From NCBI GenBank assembly GCA_007692605.1, contig REBS01000118.1, forward strand, positions 45,532-109,531: 64,000 nucleotides of DNA, written 5' to 3'. Of this stretch, positions 37,014-46,488 are shown piece after piece. Below the pieces are notes generated by a model. The model saw nothing but the letters and a program-made list of their open reading frames with translations, had not been told where the DNA came from and did no database searches. The stretch is from Gemmatimonadales bacterium. Its GTDB lineage: Bacteria; Gemmatimonadota; Gemmatimonadetes; Longimicrobiales; Gaopeijiaceae. Each line of letters starts with the position of its first letter. The first letter of the stretch is position 1. A program made the translations under genes and the position numbers.

Positions 37014-40000
37014 TCAGGGCACGGCCCGCTTCGGCACCCGCGGGATCTCCCGAAGCCGGTGTACGGGAAGGACCCCGCCGACCCGGGCCTCCGACAGGAA
37101 GGCTCCCGTGATCGCGAACGAATTCTCGTCGTCGGGCTCGAGCAGGTGAAAAACGAGGGCCGCGGCCGGTTGATCGGCCCGAACCAGCCAGCCGCCGGCA
37201 TCGACCTCCACGGTACGCTCCTCGAGATGGGTGCGGAACTGCTGAGGCACGTAGCCCTCGTACACATTCGAAGCAAGCGAGAGGGAGTCGATCCGAAAGC
37301 TCTCGACCGGAATCGTCGCGCCTTCCAGGAGCCGCTCCACGCGGATCCCGTGCGTGCGCAGCGCCTCGACGAGATCCCCGCGGTGAGGCTCGATCAGATA
37401 CCCCACCGGTCGGATGCGCCCGAGCGTCACCCGGGAGCTGTCGTAGAGCGGGGCGTCGACGGTGATGATCTCGCCGGTCGGCTCCCAGGAGCTTCCCTCG
37501 TCGGTTTCGACCAGTCGGAACTCCGCCACATCGTAGGCGACGGTGCGACTCGGAATCGGCTCGCGGAGCACCGCGATCGAATCGGCGGGATTCCACCGAC
37601 TCCCGCGCTCGGCCATCTCCCGAACCCCATCCAGCAGGGCCTCGCGGACCGCGGACGGGTCCGAAGCCATCTCCCGGGCCAGCGCCTCCATCGACACGTA
37701 CTGCCGCCGGGTACGGTCCTCGATCCCGACCCGGGCGTCGGATTCCCGCAGACTCTCGAAGAGGATCGTCGAAAGCCCTCTCGACGCGGCATAATCGTTC
37801 AGGGTGCGCCCGTAGACCGGAACCGCGATTCCCGTTTCGGGCTCCTGGGCCAGCCGGGTCAGTCCGCCGGGGGTGTGGTAGATGATGTGCGAAAAACCGT
37901 TCTCCTCGAGGGCGTCCACGATCGAAGGGATGAGGCGGTCGCCCGTCAACGTCATCGGTCGGGTCGGGCCATGGGGGTTCGTCGGGTGCCAGGTGTAGAA
38001 GTCGTAGACCCGCGGGGGGCCGCCGAGCTCGTGCGCGTCGACGACCACGTCGGGCCGCCAGGGAACCAGGACCTCTTCCACGATCGCCCGGCTTTCCGGG
38101 TTGTCGAGCCGGAGGTAATCCCGGTTCAGGTTGAACCCTGCCGTATTGCTGCGGAGCCCCCAGGGGCCCGTCTCGGCGCCGTCGGGGTTCATCTGCGGCA
38201 CGAAGAGGAATACCACCTCGTCGAGCAGCGGCTCCAGGGGGCCCTCGACGAGGTCCCGGGTGAACTGCATCAGCGCCTCCTTGCCCGCGGGCTCGTCTCC
38301 ATGCACCTGCGCCCCGATGAATAGGATGGGGCGACCCGAAGCGTGCGCGTCCTGTGGGGTGAGCGCGCCGGGCCTCGCAAGGGTCACCAGGTGCAGGGGG
38401 CGGCCCTGTCGGGTCCGCCCGATCTCGCGCATCGAAAGCCAGGGGGACCGCGCGGCGAGGGTCCGGTAGAAGTCGAGCACCTCCTCATGCGGCGTAAGTT
38501 CCCAGCCATTGCGCTCCGCGTAACTTCGGAGAGGCCCTTCGAGGGCGGCCGAACTCCAGCGGACCGGGGCCTGGTCTTCGCGGTCGACCCAGTGCGTCCG
38601 ACCCTCTCCGTCGACCCGGGTCACGAGCTCGGTGGGCACCCTCGGGAGCGCCCGAAGTCGATGGACGCCGAGCACGGCCCCCGTCCGCTCGCTCGTGGCG
38701 AACCATCCCATCGAAGCGAGCGAGTTCTCATCTTCCGGCTCCATCAGATGCCCGATCACTCGGGCGTCGGGCTGATCCATCCGGACCAGGTAGGTGCCCG
38801 CCGCCACCTCGCGCTCACCGGTCTCGAGCTCGGTCTCGAAGGTACGCTCCACGTACCCCTCATACGAGGCCGACGCCCGGCGAACGCTGGTCACACGGTA
38901 GCTCTCGGCCTCGAGACGCACCGGGGCCTGCAGGCGTTCGACCTGTATCCCGTGGAGGGCGAGATGTCGAGCCGCCTCGACCGCTTCGGGCTCGATCAGG
39001 TACCCCACCGGGCGAATGCGCCCGAGTTCGATCCGGGTACTGTCCAGGAGCGGAACCGCGAACTCGAGGGTGTCACCCTCCCACTCCATTCGATAGTCCA
39101 GTTCGCGGCTCGCGAGGTGCTCGAGTCGGATCCCCATGGAGTCCGCCACATCCCAGGTGGTGCCCCTCTCGACCAGCTCGGCCCGCTCCCGCCGGACGGT
39201 CTCGACGACCCGCGCCGGATTCGCACCGACGTACTCGGCCATCGCGCGCATGGCGACGTGGTGACGATGGGTGCGACTTTCGAGATTCTCGCGGGCGTCC
39301 CGCGGACGCATGCTCTCGTAGAGGATCGTGACCGCTGCCCGCGCGCCCCCGTACGACGAAAGCGCCCGCGCCCCGTAGGTTCCGGCCGAGACCCCCACGG
39401 ACGGATCGTCGGCAAGCGCGCTCGTCACCCGGTGATAGGGGAAGTGGTCGAAGCCGGCTTCGGCCAGCGCGTCGACGATGGCGGGGACCACCTCGTGCCT
39501 CGTGAGATCGTAGGCGAGAGTCGGCCCCTCGATGCTGCGCGGAAAGCTGGTGTAGAAGTCGTAGATCCGTGGGGGACCGACGAGTTCGTGCGAATCGACG
39601 ATCACATGCGGGCGCCACGCCGAGATCACCTGCGACACGAAGGCCCGGGTTTCGGGACTGTCCAACCGCAGGTAGTCGCGGTTCACGTTGCGGTTGCGAA
39701 GGTTGTTCCGAGTCCCCCAGTCCCCGGCCTCTGCCCCATCCGGGTTCAGCTGCGGGCTCAGCACGAAGATCGCCCGATCGAGCAGGAAGTTCAGATCTCC
39801 CAGGGCGAGGTCGCGAGCGAAGAGCATCAGGGCCTCCTTGCTCGCCTGCTCATCGCCGTGAACCTGTGCGTTGACCAACACGATCGGCCTGCCCGTCTGG
39901 TGCGCCTGGGCAGGGGTCGCCACGATCGGGCGCGAGAGCACGACTTCGAGCAAGGGGCGGTCGGCAGCACTTCGGCCGAACTCTCGCACTCGTACGTCAT

Positions 40001-40223
40001 TCGACCGGGCCGTCAGCTCCTCGTAGAAGGTGACGACGTCCTCGTGGGGAGTCAGCGCACTCCAGCCCGATTGCTCGGCATGCGTTCGGAGGGGATCCTC
40101 GGCGCCACCGGCCTGGCCCGTCAATGGCGCCGTGGAGACGGCCGCGAGGAGCATGGCGACCGCGACCGCGGTGGGGAACGAGGAACGAGCCCGGCCACGG
40201 CTCCTGAACGAAAGAACGAACAT
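37014..40223 (-). CDS. tandem double-module M14 zinc carboxypeptidase (two complete catalytic modules in one polypeptide)
   Basis: Start MFVLSFRS with a signal peptide. Module 1 has QVHGDEQAS, NVNRDYLR and VDSHEL. Module 2 has QVHGDEPAG, NLNRDYLR and VDAHEL. Each module is followed by a similar roughly 200-aa domain (LGRIRPVGYLIEP...). Confidence 0.85.
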   Translation of the reverse strand: MFVLSFRSRGRARSSFPTAVAVAMLLAAVSTAPLTGQAGGAEDPLRTHAEQSGWSALTPHEDVVTFYEELTARSNDVRVREFGRSAADRPLLEVVLSRPIVATPAQAHQTGRPIVLVNAQVHGDEQASKEALMLFARDLALGDLNFLLDRAIFVLSPQLNPDGAEAGDWGTRNNLRNRNVNRDYLRLDSPETRAFVSQVISAWRPHVIVDSHELVGPPRIYDFYTSFPRSIEGPTLAYDLTRHEVVPAIVDALAEAGFDHFPYHRVTSALADDPSVGVSAGTYGARALSSYGGARAAVTILYESMRPRDARENLESRTHRHHVAMRAMAEYVGANPARVVETVRRERAELVERGTTWDVADSMGIRLEHLASRELDYRMEWEGDTLEFAVPLLDSTRIELGRIRPVGYLIEPEAVEAARHLALHGIQVERLQAPVRLEAESYRVTSVRRASASYEGYVERTFETELETGEREVAAGTYLVRMDQPDARVIGHLMEPEDENSLASMGWFATSERTGAVLGVHRLRALPRVPTELVTRVDGEGRTHWVDREDQAPVRWSSAALEGPLRSYAERNGWELTPHEEVLDFYRTLAARSPWLSMREIGRTRQGRPLHLVTLARPGALTPQDAHASGRPILFIGAQVHGDEPAGKEALMQFTRDLVEGPLEPLLDEVVFLFVPQMNPDGAETGPWGLRSNTAGFNLNRDYLRLDNPESRAIVEEVLVPWRPDVVVDAHELGGPPRVYDFYTWHPTNPHGPTRPMTLTGDRLIPSIVDALEENGFSHIIYHTPGGLTRLAQEPETGIAVPVYGRTLNDYAASRGLSTILFESLRESDARVGIEDRTRRQYVSMEALAREMASDPSAVREALLDGVREMAERGSRWNPADSIAVLREPIPSRTVAYDVAEFRLVETDEGSSWEPTGEIITVDAPLYDSSRVTLGRIRPVGYLIEPHRGDLVEALRTHGIRVERLLEGATIPVESFRIDSLSLASNVYEGYVPQQFRTHLEERTVEVDAGGWLVRADQPAAALVFHLLEPDDENSFAITGAFLSEARVGGVLPVHRLREIPRVPKRAVP

Positions 40224-40426
40224 GGGACCTCGCAGTGATCGCGGGGTGAACACGGAGTGGGATGTGGGACGCCGAGCTCGACGCCCCGGATAGACTAAGG
40301 TGAGGGGACCCGCCCCAACAGGGCACATCGGGGATCTGGGCGGATGGATCCGGGTAGCCTGAATCGACGTGCGGTGCACCGCGCCGCATCCGCCGCCCCC
40401 CCGGCCCACCGGCAAGGAGCGAGGAC

Positions 40427-41398
40427 GTGAGTGAAGAGCAGCCCCCCCCACTGACCGGAATTCACCACCTGACCGCGGTCTCGTCGCAGATCCGGCTCAA
40501 CCACCGGTTCTATACCGGCGTCATGGGAATGCGGCTCGTCAAGCGGAGTGTGAATCAGGACGATGTGAGCGCCTATCACCTCTTCTACGCGGACGGGGTC
40601 GGAACTCCCGGGACCGACCTGACCTTCTTCGACTGGAAGGTCCCCCCCGAACGGCGGGGCACGCACAGCATCGTCCGGACCCATCTGCGGGTCGGGTCCC
40701 GAGCCTCCCTCGAGTGGTGGGCCGAGCACCTGAAGGGTCAGGCCGACGAGGGGCTCACCGTCGGAACGATCGAAGAGGTGCTCGGACGCGCGGTCCTCCC
40801 CTTCGAGGACCCCGAGGGACAGCGCCTGGCGCTGATCGACGACAACGGAGCAGGCTATGAGCCGACCCCCTGGAAGGAGAGCCCCGTCCCCCCGGAGCAC
40901 CAGATCCGCGGGCTCGGTCCCATCGTGCTCAGCGTTCCCACCGCGGCCCCCACCCGCACGATCCTGACCGAGGTGATGGGGATGTCGGAGTCGACCTCCT
41001 ACTCGAGCGGATCGGACCCCGTGCACGTCTTCTCGATGGGCGATGAGGGGCCGCACGCGGAGGTCCACCTTGCGATCCAGCCCGACCTGCCGCCCGCACG
41101 TCCGGGCGCGGGAGGGGTGCATCATGTCGCGTTTCGCACGCCCGACGGGGCAAGCTACGACGCGTGGGCGGACCGACTCCAGCGGTTGAGGATCCCGAAC
41201 AGCGGAAAGGTCGACCGCTATTACTTCCAGAGCCTCTATTTTCGGGAGCCCAACGGAATCCTCTTCGAGATCGCGACGGATGGACCCGGCTTTCACGTGG
41301 ACGAGCCGATCGACGAGCTCGGTGAACGGATCGCCCTTCCGCCCTTTCTGGAGCCCCGTCGCGACGAGATCGTACGCGGCCTCACGCCCCTCGACTGA
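40427..41398 (+). CDS. VOC/glyoxalase-fold ring-cleaving dioxygenase (two-domain)
   Basis: AAGGAG lies 7 nt before the GTG. Shows [37 protein letters not shown] and a second HHVAFR block. Confidence 0.75.
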   Translation: MSEEQPPPLTGIHHLTAVSSQIRLNHRFYTGVMGMRLVKRSVNQDDVSAYHLFYADGVGTPGTDLTFFDWKVPPERRGTHSIVRTHLRVGSRASLEWWAEHLKGQADEGLTVGTIEEVLGRAVLPFEDPEGQRLALIDDNGAGYEPTPWKESPVPPEHQIRGLGPIVLSVPTAAPTRTILTEVMGMSESTSYSSGSDPVHVFSMGDEGPHAEVHLAIQPDLPPARPGAGGVHHVAFRTPDGASYDAWADRLQRLRIPNSGKVDRYYFQSLYFREPNGILFEIATDGPGFHVDEPIDELGERIALPPFLEPRRDEIVRGLTPLD

Positions 41399-41416
41399 AT
41401 CGGGCCCGGAGTGGCG

Positions 41417-42235
41417 TCAGCCGGCCCACTCCGCGGCGAGCTCCGCGGCCGGAATCCGGTAGCCGGTCCAGAAGGGACCGAACTCGGCATAGACCGAGCT
41501 CGCCCGATCGTAGCGCATTTCGGTGATCAGGGACTTGAAGTCGAGCGGGTCCGTGGCAAACAGGGTCACCGCCCACTCCCAGTCGTCGAAGCCCACCGAG
41601 CCCGAGATGATCTGAGAGATCCTGCCGGCGTAGCGCCGCCCGACGGACCCGTGCTCCCCCATCATCCGGGCTCGCTCCTCGAGTGGGAGCTCGTACCAGT
41701 TCTGGCCCACGGCCCGCCGCTTGTCCATCGGGTAGAAGCAGACGTACGGCATCTCCTCGGGCTGTTCCGGCTTCAGACGCGATTGTACGTAGCGCTTCTC
41801 GAGCTCGACCTGCATCCGCGCCTCGACCAGGGCGGTCCATTCGGCCGAATGCGGTTCGATGCCCTGGGCCCCGGCCTCCTCGACCAGAGCAGCCGACACG
41901 TGATACAGCCCCAGTTCGACCACGGACAGGTAGTCGCCGGTGGGAATGAGCTCCTGCCAGCCCGGATGGCGTGCGAACTCCCGCTCGGCCCGGCCAAGCG
42001 CCTCGAGGGAGGGGCGGAAATGCATGATCATGTAGTCGGTTCCACCTCCGACGATCCGGTAGACACCTGTCCACCCCTCCTCGTCGGGGGACTCGTGGCG
42101 AGCCACAAGGTCGGCCAGCGCGCGAAGACGCGACGAGGCATTCTCGTCGGTTTCGGCCCCGGGCACGATGCGTACGAACTGATGCAGCACGAACCAACCA
42201 TCCAGGACCAGGGGGGCGAGTGGGGATTCCTTCAT
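41417..42235 (-). CDS. hemQ: chlorite-dismutase-family coproheme decarboxylase (HemQ/ChdC type)
   Basis: Shows YVCFYPMDKRR, NWYELPLEERARMMGEHG, GRRYAG.ISQIISGSVGFDDWEWAVTLFA and MRYDRASSVYAEFGPF, which are HemQ-like blocks. Confidence 0.8.
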   Translation of the reverse strand: MKESPLAPLVLDGWFVLHQFVRIVPGAETDENASSRLRALADLVARHESPDEEGWTGVYRIVGGGTDYMIMHFRPSLEALGRAEREFARHPGWQELIPTGDYLSVVELGLYHVSAALVEEAGAQGIEPHSAEWTALVEARMQVELEKRYVQSRLKPEQPEEMPYVCFYPMDKRRAVGQNWYELPLEERARMMGEHGSVGRRYAGRISQIISGSVGFDDWEWAVTLFATDPLDFKSLITEMRYDRASSVYAEFGPFWTGYRIPAAELAAEWAG

Positions 42236-42384
42236 CGGGGGAGCAAACCTTCGGGGTTGCGGGTTGAACCATGTCCGGGCCGCGATCGGCCCACTCCCGG
42301 AAGGTCTCTGGGTTTTGACGAGCGGGCAAGTCGGGGCGCGCCCGGGCTCCCCCGTTGTCCCCGAAACGGAACCCCGATAGCTTT

Positions 42385-42403
42385 TGATTATAGAATATCA
42401 TTT
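42385..42403. promoter_or_regulatory. AT-rich island with overlapping -10-like hexamers and a partial dyad (candidate promoter or metalloregulator box)
   Basis: TGATTATAGAATATCATTT sits in an otherwise GC-rich hemQ / TonB-receptor divergent spacer. TAGAAT reads on the + strand and TATAAT on the - strand. It only loosely resembles a Fur box. Confidence 0.3.
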
Positions 42404-42452
42404 GTGACTCCGAATCGCCTCCGCCACCCATCCCACTCTCGCCGACGCTTCC

Positions 42453-44819
42453 ATGCCTCCGATCTCGAGATCCCGACTCCTCCTCCTTCCGGCTTTCCTC
42501 ACCTGCGCTCTTCTCGGGCTTGCCGGGACACCCGACAGCGCTTCCGCGCTTCAGGACGGGCGGATCGAGGGGCAGGTTCTCGACGCCGGAACGGGAAGTC
42601 CCATCGCGGCGGTGACCGTCCGGATCCGTGGGCTCAACCGAACCCAGGTGTCCGGCCCGGACGGCCGATTCGCGTTCGAGTCGGTTCCCGCTCGCTCCTA
42701 TCGGGTCCTCGCGGAGCTGATCGGCTACGCCCCCCAGGAAGAGCAGATCATCGTCGAGGCCGACCAGACCGCGACCGTCTCGTTCGCGCTCACCTCGAGT
42801 CCGATTCAGCTGCCCGGAGTGGTCGTGACGGGAACCGGGCGGGAACGGGGGGCGGCGGACCTGTATCGTCCAACCTCGGTGATTTCCGGAGCCGAACTCG
42901 ATCGGGCGCTGGCAGGGAGCGTGCCCCAGACGCTCGAGCGGGTGCCCGGGTTCGCCTCCCAGTACAACGGCCCGGGGGCATCGAGCCCCTCGATCCGCGG
43001 CATGAGCGGCGATCGCGTGCTCATGCTCGAAGACGGGCAGCGCACGGGCGACCTGTATCAGACCGCGTCGGACCACGGGGTGATGGTCGAGCCGCTGACC
43101 GCCCGCCGCATGGAGGTCGTGCGGGGACCGGCCGGCCTTCTCTACGGTTCCAACGCTCTGGGCGGAGTCGTCAATGTGATCCGTGACGACATTCCCCGGC
43201 TCCGCATGGATCGCCTGTCGACGACCCTTTCGACCCAGCTCGAGTCGGTGAGCGACGGGGTCACCGGGGGACTCCTCCTGGAAGGACCCGCCGGCCCGCT
43301 CAGCCTCAGGGGAGAGTTCACCTCGCGCCACATGAACGACGCCAACACGCCCGAAGGTCGACTCGAATCGTCGGGGATGCAGGTGAACAATGCCAGCCTG
43401 GGCTCGAGCGTGATCCAGGACTGGGGTTTCGTCGGAGCCGCCTATCGCTTTTACGACAGTGAATACGGGGTGCCCGGGGAGTTTGCCGGGGAACTCATCC
43501 CGGGGGCGCATCCGGGTGGGGTCGACATCGAAGCGACCCGGCACCTGGGACGATTCCGCGCATCCTACCAGCGCCCCTTCCTCGGTTTCTTCCAGTCGGT
43601 TGAACTCGATGCGAACCTCACCCGCTACATCCACGACGAGATCGAGGCCTTCATCGAGGGCGCAGCGATTCCGGGCGCCCAGTTCCGGCAGACGAGCGGC
43701 GAGGTGAACCTGCTGGCCGACCACGATCACACCGGTCACGATCATCCGACGGGGATCCTGCGCGCGGAGGGTGCGATCGGCCTTTCCGTCCAGGGTCGGG
43801 ACCTCTGGTCCGGAGGAACGAACCCGGGAACCCGTTCGGGCACGGACTGGGGGGCCGCGATCTTCGGCTACGAGGAGTTCGAATGGACCCGGTTCCGCCT
43901 CCAGCTGGGTGCCCGCTACGACTATCGCAGGGTGACCCCGGGGGACTTCTCCGATCTGGACATCCGAACCCAGCAGCGGCGCATCCTGAAGCCCGTCTCC
44001 GAACGGACATTCCACTCCCTGTCGGGGTCGATCGCCGGCCTCTGGAGCCTCTCCGGCGAATGGACGGGGGGCGTGAGTGTTGCCCGCTCCTTCCGGAATC
44101 CGTCGATCGAGGAAATGTTCTCGGAGGGCCCCCACGTCGCCGACTTTTCGTTCGATATCGGAACCCCCGATCTGGACCCGGAGGTCGGGATCGGGCTCGA
44201 CCTGTTCGTGCGGGGCGAGCGGCCGGGGCTCAGCACCGAATTCGCCGCGTACCTGAACTGGATCGACGACTACATCTTCTATCTGCAGACGGGCGAGACC
44301 GTGCGGGTGATCCGCGAGGGGGCGCGCCCCCGCGTCACCCCGGTCTACGAGGCTCAGGGGACCGACGCCCTCTTCCTCGGAGCCGAGGGGCGGATCCAGT
44401 GGGAGGCCTTCACCGGGCTCATCCTCGATGCCACCGCCTCGTACACCCGGGCCGAACGCCGGACCGATGCCGATCCCCTGCCGCAGATCCCCCCCTTCTC
44501 GATCAATACCGAACTCCGATACGAGCGGGCCGGATACTTCGGCGGGGTCACCATCGACCATGCCGCGGCCCAGACCCGGGTCCCCGGTCCCGTGCAGATC
44601 GAAGACATTGTCGAGGATCCGGAGCTGCCCACCGACGCCTACACGCTTCTCCACCTGGCCGGAGGCCGCAGCTTCGACGCGGGGCCCTTCCGGCACAACG
44701 TGACCCTTCAGGTCCGGAACCTGACCAACACGGTCTGGCGGAACCACCTCTCGCGAATCAAGGACATCGCCCCTCAGCCCGGGCGCAACGTCCAGCTCAC
44801 CTACCGCCTTCGTTTCTAG
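42453..44819 (+). CDS. TonB-dependent outer-membrane receptor with an N-terminal carboxypeptidase-regulatory-like domain
   Basis: Signal peptide, then GRIEGQVLDAGTGSPIAAVTVRI...GRFAFESVPARSYRV, a plug region (SIRGMSGDRVLMLEDG) and the C-terminal barrel ending ...LTYRLRF. Confidence 0.85.
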   Translation: MPPISRSRLLLLPAFLTCALLGLAGTPDSASALQDGRIEGQVLDAGTGSPIAAVTVRIRGLNRTQVSGPDGRFAFESVPARSYRVLAELIGYAPQEEQIIVEADQTATVSFALTSSPIQLPGVVVTGTGRERGAADLYRPTSVISGAELDRALAGSVPQTLERVPGFASQYNGPGASSPSIRGMSGDRVLMLEDGQRTGDLYQTASDHGVMVEPLTARRMEVVRGPAGLLYGSNALGGVVNVIRDDIPRLRMDRLSTTLSTQLESVSDGVTGGLLLEGPAGPLSLRGEFTSRHMNDANTPEGRLESSGMQVNNASLGSSVIQDWGFVGAAYRFYDSEYGVPGEFAGELIPGAHPGGVDIEATRHLGRFRASYQRPFLGFFQSVELDANLTRYIHDEIEAFIEGAAIPGAQFRQTSGEVNLLADHDHTGHDHPTGILRAEGAIGLSVQGRDLWSGGTNPGTRSGTDWGAAIFGYEEFEWTRFRLQLGARYDYRRVTPGDFSDLDIRTQQRRILKPVSERTFHSLSGSIAGLWSLSGEWTGGVSVARSFRNPSIEEMFSEGPHVADFSFDIGTPDLDPEVGIGLDLFVRGERPGLSTEFAAYLNWIDDYIFYLQTGETVRVIREGARPRVTPVYEAQGTDALFLGAEGRIQWEAFTGLILDATASYTRAERRTDADPLPQIPPFSINTELRYERAGYFGGVTIDHAAAQTRVPGPVQIEDIVEDPELPTDAYTLLHLAGGRSFDAGPFRHNVTLQVRNLTNTVWRNHLSRIKDIAPQPGRNVQLTYRLRF

Positions 44820-45114
44820 AAGGATGTTGGAGAAGGGCAGGCAAATCTTTCCCGGTCCGGGGTGAGAGTCCTTCCTCCACTCGCCCTTCGTCGACCCCGT
44901 CCGGCCCGTCAACAGACCGCGATCCGCACCCCGCTGCGATCGTCGTTCATCCCGGTCCGACGAGGATTTTCCCGGTATCAATGATCCGGGAGGGGCATGG
45001 CAGAACCCGTCCTGCCCCCCCGGAGCCGCTCACGGCATCCCTCTTGCGCGGTATGCGGGGTCCTGAGGGTGCAAGCCTCACGACGTCCACATCGCTCGAC
45101 GGAGAACCGAACGA

Positions 45115-46437
45115 ATGAACACATATCAACGAACGACCCGACTCATGGCCATCGCGCTGGCCGGGGCGGTCCTCGCTCTTCCGGCGTGTGACTCGGACCC
45201 CAGTGGCAGCAACGGCGATCGATCTTCAGTCCTCGTCGGCACCGTCGAAGGCGGCGAGGCCGGGGGGATGATGGCGGCCGGGCAAGGCGCCACCCAGGCC
45301 TCCGTGGCCAGCGCCGGTACGCTGCGCGGCGACGGGAGCCTCGACATCCTGGCCGAGGCCCAGGTATCGGCGGACGGCAGCTTTCGCATCGAAGGGGTCC
45401 CCGCAGGGCGCGCCGGCCTCGTGGTCCGGGCCGAGTCCGATTCCGGTGAGGAGGTCGGCCGCGTGATCGTGCATCAGGAGACGATCGCCGAAGCCGAGAC
45501 CTCGGTCGCGCCGATCAACGCGAGTTCCTCACTGCACGCTCAGGTGGTCCTCGCGATCCATGGTGGAAACCCCCATCCGGCCGCCTCTGCCGAAGTCGGA
45601 CTCCGCATGATGACCTCGTCCGAAGCCGCGAGCACGATGGCGCAGGGTCAGGTGAGCGCGCTCGCCAGCGCGGTTGCCTCTGCTCAGAGTACCAAGGCGG
45701 CCGTCCTGGCCTCCGTTGGCTCCGAACTCGACGCCGCCGCGCGCGCCGAGCTGGTTCTGGCGGCGATGGTCGACCTCGAACAGAACCTCAGCGCAGGCGC
45801 GCAGTTCCAGTCGGCCCATCGCGCATTCGTCGAGGGCACCATCTCGACCCTCATCGACGCCGGTGTCGACGCCCGAAGCCTGGCGGCTGCAGAGGCGGCG
45901 GCCGCGACATCGATCCAGACCCGCCTGAGCAGCGAAGATGCGGTGCACTTCGAGACGCTTCGGACCCAGATGCGCGCCAACCTCGAAGCGCGCGCACGGC
46001 TCCTGGCGCAGGCCGATGGGGGAACGGCCGGAGTGGCCGACGTGGCGGCACAGGTGATCGCCGAGCTGAGGGCCGGCGTGGAGGCGGCCGCGACCGTCGC
46101 CGAGTTGCGAGCCGCGGTCACCGACACCCGTGCGGGAACCGAGAGCCGCCTGACGAGTGCGGTGGTGGCCGGGCTCCCGGGCCTGCCCATCGACCTGATT
46201 TCTTCGATCGAGGCGGAGCTCCGGATCGCCCTGGTCGAGGCCGAGCTCTGGGGATCCCTCGAGGCGGCCGCTTCGTCGGAGGCCAAGGCCGCCGCCGTCA
46301 GCAGCTGGGCGACGAACCTCGAGGCTCGGGTGCAGGGCTGGATCGCCACCCTTCCCTCCGAAGTCTCGGACGAGGTCAGCGTCTCGGCTTCGGTGGTCGC
46401 CTTCGCTGCGCTGGGCGCCGGTCCCGCGTTCCGGTAA
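45115..46437 (+). CDS. Ala-rich lipoprotein, unknown function
   Basis: GGAGA RBS and lipobox LALPACDS. A beta-sandwich-like N-terminal part (DGSFRIEGVPAGRAGLVV) is followed by roughly 300 aa of Ala-rich helical sequence. Confidence 0.6.
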   Translation: MNTYQRTTRLMAIALAGAVLALPACDSDPSGSNGDRSSVLVGTVEGGEAGGMMAAGQGATQASVASAGTLRGDGSLDILAEAQVSADGSFRIEGVPAGRAGLVVRAESDSGEEVGRVIVHQETIAEAETSVAPINASSSLHAQVVLAIHGGNPHPAASAEVGLRMMTSSEAASTMAQGQVSALASAVASAQSTKAAVLASVGSELDAAARAELVLAAMVDLEQNLSAGAQFQSAHRAFVEGTISTLIDAGVDARSLAAAEAAAATSIQTRLSSEDAVHFETLRTQMRANLEARARLLAQADGGTAGVADVAAQVIAELRAGVEAAATVAELRAAVTDTRAGTESRLTSAVVAGLPGLPIDLISSIEAELRIALVEAELWGSLEAAASSEAKAAAVSSWATNLEARVQGWIATLPSEVSDEVSVSASVVAFAALGAGPAFR

Positions 46438-46440
46438 ACA

Positions 46441-46465
46441 GAAACCTACCTCGGTTTCGGTTTTT
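46441..46465 (+). terminator. weak intrinsic terminator
   Basis: GAAACC-tacctc-GGTTTC is followed by GGTTTTT. The flanking CCGG...GCCGG can extend the stem imperfectly. Confidence 0.4.
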
Positions 46466-46488
46466 GCCGGCACCCGCGGGTCTCCCGA

